From positions 150,908,001 to 150,972,000 of the forward strand of contig OY740782.1 of assembly GCA_963514005.1 (NCBI GenBank): a DNA stretch of 64,000 nucleotides, given 5' to 3'. The translations under genes were made by a program, and so were the position numbers. A model generated the notes under the pieces. The model did not search any database, was not told where the DNA came from, and saw only the letters and a program-made list of their open reading frames with translations. Below, in pieces: positions 12,117 to 26,200 of the stretch. The stretch is from Raja brachyura. Lineage: Eukaryota. Positions within the stretch are counted from its first letter, which is position 1. Each line of letters starts with the position of its first letter.

Positions 12117-14780
12117 TACAATAGAAAGGAAGGACATTAGCTTGGAGGATGTGGAATCGATATGGGTAGAGCTGCTAAACTCTAAGGGGCAGAAAACGCT
12201 AGTGGGAGTTGTGTACAGGCTACCTAACAGTAGTATTGGAGTTGGGGATGACATCAAACAGGAAATTAGAAGTGCGTGCAACAAGGGTAACACGGTTATA
12301 ATGGGTGACTTCAATCTACATATAGATTGGGTGAATCAAATCGGCAGGGGTGCCGAGGAAGACGGTTTCTTGGAATGTATGCGGGATAGTTTTCTCAACC
12401 AACATGTGGAGGAACCAATGAGAGAGCAGGCTATTCTAGACTGGGTATTGAGTAATGAGGAAGGGTTAGTTAGCAGTCTTGTTGTGTGTGGCCCCTTGGG
12501 CAAGAGTGACCATAATATGATTGAGTTCTTCATTAGGATGGAAAGTGACATAATTAAGTCAGCAACAAGGGTTCTGAACTTAAACAAAGGTAACTTTGAA
12601 GGTATGAGCCGTGAATTGGCCAAGATAAACTGGCAGGTGAGTCTTAAAGGGTTGACAGTGGATGTGCAATGGAAGGTATTTAAAGACTGCATGGATGAAG
12701 TACAAAAATTGTTCATACCAGTTTGGCAAAAGAATAAATCAGGGAAGGTGGTGCATCCGTGGATAACGAGGGGAATCAGGGATAGTATAAAAACTAAAGA
12801 TGAGGCATACAAATTGGCCAAAAAAGCAGCCTACTAGAGGACAGGGAGAAATTCAGAATCCAGCAGAGGAGGACAAAGGGCTTAATTAGGAAAGGGAAAA
12901 TAGATTACGAAAGGAAACGGGCAGGGAACATAAAAACTGACATAAAGTTTTTATAGATATGTGAAGAGAAAGAGATTGGTTAGAACAAATGTTGGTCCCT
13001 TGCAGTCAGAAGCAGGTGAATTGATCATGGGGAACAAGGACATGGCAGACCAATTGAATAACTACTTTGGTTCTGTCTTCACTAAGGAAGACATAAATAA
13101 TCTGCCGGAAATAGCAGTGGACCGGAGGTTAAATAAGATGGCGGAACTGAGTGAAATCCAGGTTAGCCGGGAAGTGGTGTTGGGTAAATTGAACGGATTA
13201 AAGGCCGATAAATCCCCAGGGCCAGATGGTCTGCATCCCAGAGTGCTCAAGGCGGTAGCCACGGAAATAGTGGATGCATTCGTGATAATTTTTCAAAACT
13301 CCTTAGATTCTTGAGTAGTTCCTGAGGATTGGAGGATAGCTAATGTAACCCCACTTTTTAAAAAAGGAGGGAGAGAGAAAGCGGGGAATTACAGACCAGT
13401 TAGTCTAACATCGGTGGTGGGGAAACTGCTAGTGTCAGTTATTAAAGATGGGATAGCAGCGCATTTGGAAAGTGGTAAAATTATTGGACAAAGTCAGCAT
13501 GGATTTACAAAAGGTAAATCATGTCTGTCGAATCTTAGAGAATTTTTCGAGGATGTAACTAGTAGAGTGGATAAGGGAGAACCAGTGGATGTGTTATATC
13601 TGGACTTTCAGAAGGCTTTCGACAAGGTCCCACATAAGAGATTAGTATATAAACTTAAAGCACACGGTATTGGTGGTTCAATATGGATGTGGATAGAGAA
13701 CTAGCTGGCAGACAGGAAGCAAAGGGTAGGAGTAAACGGGTCCTTTTCAGAATGGCAGGCAGTGAGTAGTGGGGTACCGCAAGGCTCAGTGCTGGGACCC
13801 CAGCTATTTACAATATACATTAATGATTTGGACGAGGGAATTGAATGCAACATCTCCAAATTTGCAGATGACACCAAGCTGGGGGTTACAGTTAGGTGTG
13901 AGGAGGATGCTTGGAGGCTGCAGGGTGATTTGGATAGGCTGAGTGAATGGCAGATGCATGGCAGATGCAGTATAATGTGGATAAATGTGAGGTTATCCAC
14001 TTTGGTGGCACAAACATGAGGGTAGACTATTATCTGAATGGTGGCAGATTAGGAAAAGGGGAGATGCAACGAGACCTGGGTGTCATGGTACACCAGTCAT
14101 GCAGGTGCAGCAGGCAGTGAAGAAAGCAAATGGTATGTTAGCATTCATAGCGAAAGGATTTGAGTATAGGAGCAGGGAGGTTCTACTGCAGTTGTACAGG
14201 GTTTTGGTGAGACCACACCTTGAGTATTGCGTACAGTTTTGGTCTCCAAATCTGAGGAAAGACATTCTTGCCATGGAGGGGTTCACCAGATTGATTCCTG
14301 GGATGTTGGAACTTTCATATGAAGAAAGACTGGATAGATTCGGCTTGTACTCTCTGGAATTTAGAAGATTGAGGGGGGATCTTATAGAAACTTACAAAAT
14401 TCTTAAGGGGTTGGACAGGCTAGATGCAGTAAGATTGTTCCCGATGTTGGGGGAGTCCAGAACAAGGGGTCACAGTCTTAGGATAAGGGGGAATTCCTTT
14501 AGGACCGAGATGAGGAAAACAATCTTTACACAGAGAGTGGTGAGTCTCTGGAATTCTCTGCCACAGAAGGTCATTGAGGCCAGTTCATTGGCTGTATTCA
14601 AGAGGGAGTTGGATGTGGCTCTTGTGGCTAAAGGGATCAGTGGGTATGGAGAGAAGGCAGGTACGGGATACTGAGTTGGATTATCAGCCATGAGCATATT
14701 GAATGGCGGTGCAGGCTCGAAGGGCATAATGGCCTACTCCTGCACCTATTTTTCTATGTTGTCTACGTTTTCTATGTTTA
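12117..14780 (+). mobile_element. CR1 LINE, most of ORF2 (APE plus RT), inactivated; duplicated at 21100-23763
   Basis: [53 protein letters not shown]; several stops and frameshifts. Confidence 0.95.
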
Positions 14781-14851
14781 GGTATCTATCCTTGTGAATA
14801 TATTTAATGTTAATTTTTGAGATGCCGCATGGATACAGGCCCTTGTGCCTA

Positions 14852-15924
14852 ACATAGAAACATAGAATCATAGAAAGTAGGTGCAGGAGTAGGCCATTTG
14901 GCCCTTCGAGCTTGCACCGCCATTCAATATGATCATGGCTGATCATCCAACTCAGTATCCCTTACCTGCCTTCTCTCCATACCCCCTGATCCCTTTAGCC
15001 ACAAGGGCCACATCTAACTCCCTCTTAAAGATAGCCAATGAACTGGCCTCAACTACCTTCTATGGCAGAGCATTCAACAGGTTCACCACGCTCTGTGAAA
15101 TTCTTTTTCTCATCTTGATCCTAAAAGATTTCTCCCTTATCCTTAAACTGTGAACCCTTGTCCTGGACTTCCCCAACAATCTTCCTGCATCTAGCCTGTC
15201 CAACCCTTTATGAATGTTGTAAGTTTCTATAAGATCCCCCCTCAATCTTCTAAATTCTAGTGAGCACATGCCAAGTCTATCCAGTCTTTCTTCATATGGA
15301 AGTCCTGACATCCCAGGAATCAGTCTGGTGAACCTTCTCTGTACTCCCTTTATGGCAAGAATGTATTTCCTCAGATTAGAAGACCAAAACTGTACGCAAT
15401 ACTCCAGGTGTGGTCTCACCAATACCCTGTACAACTGCAGTAGAACCTCGCTGCTCCTATACTCAAATCCTTTTGCTATGAATGCTAACATATCATTTGC
15501 TTTCTTCACTACCTGCTGCACCTGCATGCCTACTTTCAATGACTGCTGTGCCATGACACCCAGGTCTCATTGCATCTCCCCTTTTCCTAATCGGCCACCA
15601 TTCAAATAATAGTCTACTTTCCTGTTTTTGCCACCAAAGTGGATAACCTCACATTTATCCACATTATACTGCATTTGCTATGCATTTGCCCACTCACCCA
15701 GCCTATCCAAGTCACCTTGCAGCCTCCTAAAATCCTCCTCACAGCTAACACTGCCCCCCCCCAGCTTCGTGTCATCCGCAAACTTGGAGATGTTGCATTC
15801 AATTCCCTCGTCCAAATCATTAATATATATTGTAAATAGCTGGGGTCCCAGCACCGAGCCTTGCGGTACCCCACTAGTCACTGCCTGCCATTCTGAAAAG
15901 GACCCGTTTACTCCTACTCTTTGC
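14852..15924 (-). mobile_element. CR1 LINE 3' portion; duplicated at 23835-24907
   Basis: ORFs 15060-15554 and 15678-15959 with RT motifs. Confidence 0.93.
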
Positions 15925-16160
15925 ACGAGTCCATGGGCGAACATCGACCTGCCGTTCACACTAGTTTATTGTTATCCCACTTTCTCATCCACATCGAACA
16001 TATAAAAGGCAATAATACACAGCCCATTGCACCTACAGACCCGTATATCTTTGGGATGTGGTAGGAAACCGGAGCTCCCGGAGGAAGTCTACGCGGTCGC
16101 AACCTCCACACAGACAGCTCCCGAGGTAAGGATCGAACCTGGATCTGTGCAACTGTGTGG
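15925..16160 (-). mobile_element. Degenerate elasmobranch tRNA-derived V-SINE (HE1-like); duplicated at about 24908-25143
   Basis: TTTGGGATGTGGTAGGAAACCGGAGC...CTCCACACAGACAGC...GGATCGAACC (reverse-strand B-box-like motif plus V-domain-like core). Confidence 0.65.
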
Positions 16161-16756
16161 CAGTGTGCAGATTAGGACATGAGCAGGAGCACCACACTAA
16201 ATACACGCTCTGTGCGCTTTATAGCGTATTGATGGATCTCGTCTCCGCATCCAACCAACGCTGCATTTGTTCCAGTGCATTTCATGGGAGAGAGTCTAGT
16301 GAACTGTCATTGGGTCACGTCAAGGGTTACCCTCCCCTATAATATTTGTCTGAAAAACAGTCGCGAGGGCTTTGCTCAGTATATTAGCAGTACATCCCTC
16401 TGCCCTTGTAGAATTGGAACGAGCAATGTTTATGGAGATAACCATGTATTTACCAGTGGTGTCATTGCCCACGGAGTGACTCCAGCGGATATACCGATAA
16501 TGCTTAGTGTGATTGAATGGTTAAATCAAGGACAGATTCTATCGGTGCAAAGAAATTGACTTTTGACTGACCTGTCATCGATGTCAGTTCAATAGACATT
16601 TTGTAACTTTCTCGGTGCCAGAAACATGGCGACTATTTGTGCATTACCTAGTGAGGTCTGCTGTGCGATTTTACTAGATTGTGTGCAAAAATAGAGAAAT
16701 TCACTGTACCTAGCTGCATGTGGCAATAAAGTATCATTGAATCATTGATTTTAGGA

Positions 16757-18098
16757 ACATAGAAACATAGAAAATAGGTGCAGGAGGAGGCCATTCGGCC
16801 CTTCGAGCCAGCACCGCCATTCATTGTGATCATGGCTGATCATCCCCAATCAATAACCCATGCCTGCCTTCTCCCCATATCCCTTGATTCCACTCGCCCC
16901 TGGAGCTCTATCTAACTCTCTCTTAAATCCATTCAGTGACTTGGCCTCCACTACCCTCTGTGGCAGGGAATTCCACAAATTCACAACTCTCTGGGTGAAA
17001 GAGTTTTTTCTCACCTCAGTCTTAAATTACCTCCCCTTTTTCTAAGACTGTAGCCCCTGGTTCTGGACTCGCCCAACATTGGGAACATTTTTCCTGCATC
17101 TAGCTTGTCCAGTCATTTAACCATATAACCATACAACAATTACAGCACGGAAACAGGCCCTCTCGGCCCTTCCAATCCGTGCCGACCTTCCAGTCCATGC
17201 CAGTCCTTTTATAATTTTATATGTTTCTATAAGATTGCCCCTCATCCTTCTAAACTCCAGTGAATACAAGCCTAGATTTTTCAATCTTTCCTCATATGAC
17301 AGTCTCGCCATCCCTGGGATCAATCTCGTGAACCTACGCTGCACTGCCTCAATCACAAGGATGTTCTTCATCCTCCAGTGGTCTCACCAAAGTCCTATAC
17401 AACTGCAGAAGAACCTCTCTACTCCTATACTGAAATCCTCTTGTTATGAAGGCCAACATTCCATTAGCTTTCTTCACTGCCTGCTGCCAACTTTCAGTGA
17501 CAGGTGTACAAGGACATCCAGGTCTCACTGTACCCCCCCCTTACCTAACCTAACCCCATTGAGATAATAATCTACCCCCTTGTTTTTGCCGCCAAAATGG
17601 ATAACCTCACATTTATCTATATTATACTACATCTGCCACGCATCTGCCCATTCATTCAACCTGTCCAGGTCACCTCTGCAACCTCCTAACATCTTTTTCA
17701 CAGTTCACACTGCCACCCAGCTTTGTGTCATCCACACTTGCTAGTGTTGCTCCTAATTCCCTCTTCCAAATCATTACTATATATGGTAAACAGTTGCGGC
17801 CCCAACACCGAGCCTTGCGGCACTCCACTCGCCACTGCCTGCCATTCTGAAAAGGACCCGTTGACTCCTATACTTTGCTTCCTGTCTGCCAACCAATTTT
17901 CTATCCACGTCAACACCCTATCCCCAATACCATGTGCTCTAATTTTAGTCACCAGTCTCCAGTACGGGACCTTATCAAAGGCTTTCTGAAAGTCTAGATA
18001 CACTACATCCACTGGCACCCCTTCATCCATTTTACTTGTCACACCCTCAAAAAATTCCAGAAGATTAGTCAAGCATGATTTCCCTTTCATAAATCCTT
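16757..18098 (-). mobile_element. CR1 LINE 3' half with a nested ~85-bp tail of another CR1 family (17117-17199); duplicated at 25740-27081
   Basis: ORF 17728-18135 RT motifs; nested piece flanked by CCAGTCATTT/CCAGTCCTTT (TSD-like). Confidence 0.9.
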
Positions 18099-18659
18099 TC
18101 CTTTCATAAATGCAGTTGTATTGCGGTGCATTCATTTACTAAAACAATGTGAAATATACAATTAATTGACAATTAAATCATAAGGGTTGATAGATTTAAC
18201 ATAAGCGCGTGGCAGTGCATGCGCCAAAGGAGTATTTCTACTGCACTCAATAGTCAGAAAGAGATGACTGGTGCAGGAAAATACGCGGGGAACACATGGA
18301 TCGCAGCATTGGTCGATTTGTAAAACGTCTGTGTGCTCTGGCTAAAGTACATGGAATACAGACCCCACTGATCATCCCAGATATGTTTTACATTTTCACA
18401 CACGCCTACATTATATCACCCAGTGACCTTCACGCAGAAGCGTTCACTTCATGTACTCGGCTTCAGTGTGCAAAGGCAAACAATGTGGACACCTCTGGCC
18501 TTCGTTAAACTGGAAGATAATGAGCATCCATTCGGTATTTGACTCTGTTTTACTCAGGTCACTATCTGTGTGGTGCGTGACTAGCAATCATACCCACTAT
18601 ATGAACTACCTGATAACTCTGTGTCAGATAATCTCTAAACAGATTCTATACAGAATCTA

Positions 18660-19526
18660 GTGGGCGGGCGCGACTCACGTTGCAGCGGCCCCTACAGCCT
18701 GTCTGTCTTTTTTTTATTTTTTGTCTAGTTAAATGTAGTTGTTCGTGTTTTTTTTGTATTGCTTGTAACTGTGTATATGTGGGGGGTGGGGGGGGGAAGA
18801 GGGGGAAACTTTTAAATCTCTTCCCTGCACGGGAGACCCGACTTTTTCCCTGTCGGGTCTCCGTTGTTGTTGGGACCTAGCACTATGGAGCGGCCTCCGA
18901 CCGAGACGACCTGGGTGCTCCATTCACGGAGCTGCGGACTCACCGTCATGGGGCTGGCTGGCCTCGGAGCGTGGGGAGCGGTGGTGGCTCGCCGCTGCGG
19001 CCCGACTCTGGAGCTTCAGCTCCAGCTGCAGACCGGTGGACTATCGGGAGCTCGCGGGTCCGGGTGGGAGACCGCTCTCCGGAGCTCCCGCAACACAACA
19101 TCTCCAGCTCGTGTCGCGGGGTTGGAGCGACCTGGAGCGGGGCCGTACATCGCCCGGCGCGGCTTTCATGGCCGCGGGACATTCCAGCGCCCGCCGGGGG
19201 CTCCAACTGTGACCTTTGGGCCTAGAGCGGGGCCGTACATCGCCCGGCGCTACCTCAAAGGCCGTGGGACTTAACACCGCCCGCCTGCAGCTCGACCTCG
19301 GGAGTGAGATGGTGCGGGGGAGAGAGAAGACTTTGCCTTCCATCACAGTGAGGATGAGATTCACTGTGATGGATGTTTGTGTGAATTGAATTGTCTGTGT
19401 ATTTTTTTTATTTTTTTTTATTTTTTTTAATGATTTATGTATGGCATGTAGAAACGGAGTTTCGTTCGAGCCTCTCTGAGGTTCGAATGACAAATAATAA
19501 AATCAAATCAAATCAAATCAAATCAA
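18660..19526 (+). mobile_element. Non-autonomous SINE-like insertion with a GC-rich core, hairpins and (AATCA)n tail; duplicated at 27643-28509
   Basis: Absent from the paralogous empty site at about 9975 (CAGAATCTAAGAGACATTG); 3' stem-loop plus pentamer tail. Confidence 0.8.
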
Positions 19527-20212
19527 AGAGACATTGATCCCACTGTACACGTGAAAGCTAATCCCAATCAAACACAGTAGCCGGGATTTACATGATCACA
19601 ATGTGTACTCCTGACAGTTTAACCAAAATGATGCAGCATGTAACCAATAAGATTGGTAGCTGCAATTTGCGAGATCTGTTGCTAGCTAGTTTTTTATTTT
19701 GTTAGTTGTTATTCACCATCAGAGTTTTCAGTGTTTGAGCAGCAGATTGAAAGTGCCTGATTAATTTAGCAGCACGGTCGACACAGGTGTTTCCTTTCAG
19801 TTACATGGTGAGCTCTTGCCCATCATTCATAATGAAATGTTTTGTCGTCGGCCACAGAAAATGTGGAAGAGGGGGGATATTCTGATTCGGCAGAATCTTA
19901 AATGCATTCCTTCCTTACACTATTAGTCATTTTATCATTTATTCAATGCGCATTCTTATGATAACAAAGACCGTTTGTGCAGAGCCACATAAACACAAAT
20001 GATCCCCTCTCATCCCTCTAAATTACAGCGAATACAAGTCCAGTCAATCCATTCTTTCATCATACGTCAGTCCCACCATCCCGGGAATTAACCTGGTGAA
20101 CCTACGCTGCACTCCCTCAATAGCAAGAATGTCCTTCCTCAAATTAGGAGATGAAAATTGCACACAATATTCCAGGTGTGGTCTCACCAGGGCTCTGGAC
20201 AACTGCAGTAGG

Positions 20213-23200
20213 ACCTCCTAAACTCAAATCCTCTCACTATGAAGGCCAACGTGCCATTAGCTTTCTTCACTGCCTGCTGTACCTGCATGCTCACTTTCAG
20301 TGACTGATGTACAAGCACAGCCAGGTCTCGTTGCACCTCCACTTCTCGTAATCTGACGGCATTCGGGTAATAATCTGCCTTCTTGTTTTTGCCACCAAAG
20401 TGGATAACGTCACATGAATCCACATTATACAGCACTGCCCTGCTACTTCCCACTCAACCAACCTATACAAGTCACCCCGCAGCCTCATAGAATCTTCCTC
20501 GCAGCCCACACTGCCACCCAGCATTGTGTCACCCGCAAACTTATTGTTACATTTAATCCCATCGTCTAAATCGTTAATATATATTGTAAACAACGGGGGT
20601 CCCAGCAGCGAGCCTTGCAGCACCCAACTAGTCACGGCCTGCCAGTAGATCCTCGCTCCCCTCGTTGTTCCGGGAGATTGTTTGTGTCGTCCTTAGTGAA
20701 GACAAAACTAAAGTACTCGTTTAACTGGTCTGCCATTTCATGTTTCCCATTATAAATTCACCTGTTTCTGACTGTAACAGACCTATATTTGCCTTCACTA
20801 ATCTCACCCTCTTCACATATCTTAAAAAGTGTTTACAGTCAGTTGTTAAATTCTTCGCAAGCTTTCTTTCCTGCTCTATTTCCCCCCCCAATTAAACCTT
20901 TTGTCCTCCTCTGTTGAATTCTAAATGTCTCCCAGACCTCCGGTTTACTGCTTCCTCTGGCCAATTTTTATGGCTCTTTATTGGATATAACACAATCTTC
21001 ATGATCTACATTTTCAATGACCTGAGAATATTTTTGGGCGCAGTAGAGTGAGCAGTGCAAGAGAAGCATTCATGAGAAATCATGGAAATAGCCCCTTTAT
21101 ACAATAGAAAGGAAGGACATTAGCTTGGAGGATGTGGAATCGATATGGGTAGAGCTGCTAAACTCTAAGGGGCAGAAAACGCTAGTGGGAGTTGTGTACA
21201 GGCCACCTAACAGTAGTATTGGAGTTGGGGATGACATCAAACAGGAAATTAGAAGTGCGTGCAACAAGGGTAACACGGCTATAATGGGTGACTTCAATCT
21301 ACATATAGATTGGGTGAATCAAATCGGCAGGGGTGCCGAGGAAGACGGTTTCTTGGAATGTATGCGGGATAGTTTTCTCAACCAACATGTGGAGGAACCA
21401 ATGAGAGAGCAGGCTATTCTAGACTGGGTATTGAGTAATGAGGAAGGGTTAGTTAGCAGTCTTGTTGTGTGTGGCCCCTTGGGCAAGAGTGACCATAATA
21501 TGATTGAGTTCTTCATTAGGATGGAAAGTGACATAATTAAGTCAGCAACAAGGGTTCTGAACTTAAACAAAGGTAACTTTGAAGGTATGAGCCGTGAATT
21601 GGCCAAGATAAACTGGCAGGTGAGTCTTAAAGGGTTGACAGTGGATGTGCAATGGAAGGTATTTAAAGACTGCATGGATGAAGTACAAAAATTGTTCATA
21701 CCAGTTTGGCAAAAGAATAAATCAGGGAAGGTGGTGCATCCGTGGATAACGAGGGGAATCAGGGATAGTATAAAAACTAAAGATGAGGCATACAAATTGG
21801 CCAAAAAAGCAGCCTACTAGAGGACAGGGAGAAATTCAGAATCCAGCAGAGGAGGACAAAGGGCTTAATTAGGAAAGGGAAAATAGATTACGAAAGGAAA
21901 CGGGCAGGGAACATAAAAACTGACATAAAGTTTTTATAGATATGTGAAGAGAAAGAGATTGGTTAGAACAAATGTTGGTCCCTTGCAGTCAGAAGCAGGT
22001 GAATTGATCATGGGGAACAAGGACATGGCAGACCAATTGAATAACTACTTTGGTTCTGTCTTCACTAAGGAAGACATAAATAATCTGCCGGAAATAGCAG
22101 TGGACCGGAGGTTAAATAAGATGGCGGAACTGAGTGAAATCCAGGTTAGCCGGGAAGTGGTGTTGGGTAAATTGAACGGATTAAAGGCCGATAAATCCCC
22201 AGGGCCAGATGGTCTGCATCCCAGAGTGCTCAAGGCGGTAGCCACGGAAATAGTGGATGCATTCGTGATAATTTTTCAAAACTCCTTAGATTCTTGAGTA
22301 GTTCCTGAGGATTGGAGGATAGCTAATGTAACCCCACTTTTTAAAAAAGGAGGGAGAGAGAAAGCGGGGAATTACAGACCAGTTAGTCTAACATCGGTGG
22401 TGGGGAAACTGCTAGTGTCAGTTATTAAAGATGGGATAGCAGCGCATTTGGAAAGTGGTAAAATTATTGGACAAAGTCAGCATGGATTTACAAAAGGTAA
22501 ATCATGTCTGTCGAATCTTAGAGAATTTTTCGAGGATGTAACTAGTAGAGTGGATAAGGGAGAACCAGTGGATGTGTTATATCTGGACTTTCAGAAGGCT
22601 TTCGACAAGGTCCCACATAAGAGATTAGTATATAAACTTAAAGCACACGGTATTGGTGGTTCAATATGGATGTGGATAGAGAACTAGCTGGCAGACAGGA
22701 AGCAAAGGGTAGGAGTAAACGGGTCCTTTTCAGAATGGCAGGCAGTGAGTAGTGGGGTACCGCAAGGCTCAGTGCTGGGACCCCAGCTATTTACAATATA
22801 CATTAATGATTTGGACGAGGGAATTGAATGCAACATCTCCAAATTTGCAGATGACACCAAGCTGGGGGTTACAGTTAGGTGTGAGGAGGATGCTTGGAGG
22901 CTGCAGGGTGATTTGGATAGGCTGAGTGAATGGCAGATGCATGGCAGATGCAGTATAATGTGGATAAATGTGAGGTTATCCACTTTGGTGGCACAAACAT
23001 GAGGGTAGACTATTATCTGAATGGTGGCAGATTAGGAAAAGGGGAGATGCAACGAGACCTGGGTGTCATGGTACACCAGTCATGCAGGTGCAGCAGGCAG
23101 TGAAGAAAGCAAATGGTATGTTAGCATTCATAGCGAAAGGATTTGAGTATAGGAGCAGGGAGGTTCTACTGCAGTTGTACAGGGTTTTGGTGAGACCACA

Positions 23201-26200
23201 CCTTGAGTATTGCGTACAGTTTTGGTCTCCAAATCTGAGGAAAGACATTCTTGCCATGGAGGGGTTCACCAGATTGATTCCTGGGATGTTGGAACTTTCA
23301 TATGAAGAAAGACTGGATAGATTCGGCTTGTACTCTCTGGAATTTAGAAGATTGAGGGGGGATCTTATAGAAACTTACAAAATTCTTAAGGGGTTGGACA
23401 GGCTAGATGCAGTAAGATTGTTCCCGATGTTGGGGGAGTCCAGAACAAGGGGTCACAGTCTTAGGATAAGGGGGAATTCCTTTAGGACCGAGATGAGGAA
23501 AACAATCTTTACACAGAGAGTGGTGAGTCTCTGGAATTCTCTGCCACAGAAGGTCATTGAGGCCAGTTCATTGGCTGTATTCAAGAGGGAGTTGGATGTG
23601 GCTCTTGTGGCTAAAGGGATCAGTGGGTATGGAGAGAAGGCAGGTACGGGATACTGAGTTGGATTATCAGCCATGAGCATATTGAATGGCGGTGCAGGCT
23701 CGAAGGGCATAATGGCCTACTCCTGCACCTATTTTTCTATGTTGTCTACGTTTTCTATGTTTAGGTATCTATCCTTGTGAATATATTTAATGTTAATTTT
23801 TGAGATGCCGCATGGATACAGGCCCTTGTGCCTAACATAGAAACATAGAATCATAGAAAGTAGGTGCAGGAGTAGGCCATTTGGCCCTTCGAGCTTGCAC
23901 CGCCATTCAATATGATCATGGCTGATCATCCAACTCAGTATCCCTTACCTGCCTTCTCTCCATACCCCCTGATCCCTTTAGCCACAAGGGCCACATCTAA
24001 CTCCCTCTTAAAGATAGCCAATGAACTGGCCTCAACTACCTTCTATGGCAGAGCATTCAACAGGTTCACCACGCTCTGTGAAATTCTTTTTCTCATCTTG
24101 ATCCTAAAAGATTTCTCCCTTATCCTTAAACTGTGAACCCTTGTCCTGGACTTCCCCAACAATCTTCCTGCATCTAGCCTGTCCAACCCTTTATGAATGT
24201 TGTAAGTTTCTATAAGATCCCCCCTCAATCTTCTAAATTCTAGTGAGCACATGCCAAGTCTATCCAGTCTTTCTTCATATGGAAGTCCTGACATCCCAGG
24301 AATCAGTCTGGTGAACCTTCTCTGTACTCCCTTTATGGCAAGAATGTATTTCCTCAGATTAGAAGACCAAAACTGTACGCAATACTCCAGGTGTGGTCTC
24401 ACCAATACCCTGTACAACTGCAGTAGAACCTCGCTGCTCCTATACTCAAATCCTTTTGCTATGAATGCTAACATATCATTTGCTTTCTTCACTACCTGCT
24501 GCACCTGCATGCCTACTTTCAATGACTGCTGTGCCATGACACCCAGGTCTCATTGCATCTCCCCTTTTCCTAATCGGCCACCATTCAAATAATAGTCTAC
24601 TTTCCTGTTTTTGCCACCAAAGTGGATAACCTCACATTTATCCACATTATACTGCATTTGCTATGCATTTGCCCACTCACCCAGCCTATCCAAGTCACCT
24701 TGCAGCCTCCTAAAATCCTCCTCACAGCTAACACTGCCCCCCCCCAGCTTCGTGTCATCCGCAAACTTGGAGATGTTGCATTCAATTCCCTCGTCCAAAT
24801 CATTAATATGTATTGTAAATAGTTGGGGTCCCAGCACCGAGCCTTGCGGTACCCCACTAGTCACTGCCTGCCATTCTGAAAAGGACCCGTTTACTCCTAC
24901 TCTTTGCACGAGTCCATGGGCGAACATCGACCTGCCGTTCACACTAGTTTATTGTTATCCCACTTTCTCATCCACATCGAACATATAAAAGGCAATAATA
25001 CACAGCCCATTGCACCTACAGACCCGTATATCTTTGGGATGTGGTAGGAAACCGGAGCTCCCGGAGGAAATCTACGCGGTCGCAACCTCCACACAGACAG
25101 CTCCCGAGGTAAGGATCGAACCTGGATCTGTGCAACTGTGTGGCAGTGTGCAGATTAGGACATGAGCAGGAGCACCACACTAAATACACGCTCTGTGCGC
25201 TTTATAGCGTATTGATGGATCTCGTCTCCGCATCCAACCAACGCTGCATTTGTCCCAGTGCATTTCATGGGAGAGAGTCTAGTGAACTGTCATTGGGTCA
25301 CGTCAAGGGTTACCCTCCCCTATAATATTTGTCTGAAAAACAGTCGCGAGGGCTTTGCTCAGTATATTAGCAGTACATCCCTCTGCCCTTGTAGAATTGG
25401 AACGAGCAATGTTTATGGAGATAACCATGTATTTACCAGTGGTGTCATTGCCCACGGAGTGACTCCAGCGGATATACCGATAATGCTTAGTGTGATTGAA
25501 TGGTTAAATCAAGGACGGATTCTATCGGTGCAAAGAAATTGACTTTTGACTGACCTGTCATCGATGTCAGTTCAATAGACATTTTGTAACTTTCTCGGTG
25601 CCAGAAACATGGCGACTATTTGTGCATTACCTAGTGAGGTCTGCTGTGCGATTTTACTAGATTGTGTGCAAAAATAGAGAAATTCACTGTACCTAGCTGC
25701 ATGTGGCAATAAAGTATCATTGAATCATTGATTTTAGGAACATAGAAACATAGAAAATAGGTGCAGGAGGAGGCCATTCGGCCCTTCGAGCCAGCACCGC
25801 CATTCATTGTGATCATGGCTGATCATCCCCAATCAATAACCCATGCCTGCCTTCTCCCCATATCCCTTGATTCCACTAGCCCCTGGAGCTCTATCTAACT
25901 CTCTCTTAAATCCATTCAGTGATTTGGCCTCCACTACCCTCTGTGGCAGGGAATTCCACAAATTCACAACTCTCTGGGTGAAAGAGTTTTTTCTCACCTC
26001 AGTCTTAAATTACCTCCCCTTTTTCTAAGACTGTAGCCCCTGGTTCTGGACTCGCCCAACATTGGGAACATTTTTCCTGCATCTAGCTTGTCCAGTCATT
26101 TAACCATATAACCATACAACAATTACAGCACGGAAACAGGCCCTCTCGGCCCTTCCAATCCGTGCCGACCTTCCAGTCCATGCCAGTCCTTTTATAATTT

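Larger units (their letters stand above)
11230..20212. repeat. Tandem segmental duplication, copy 1 (8,983 bp)
   Basis: ORF track repeats at a constant offset of 8983 (12142/21125, 14099/23082, 18296/27279); sequence near-identical by eye. Confidence 0.97.

Noticed and set aside
12117-15924. Convergent CR1 pair forming a large inverted repeat
   Set aside because: Expected by chance at this CR1 density; independent insertions
19340-19372. CACAGTG/CACTGTG pair suggesting RSS or a RAG-transposon end
   Set aside because: No nonamer at 12 or 23 bp from either heptamer; they are hairpin arms in a retro-element
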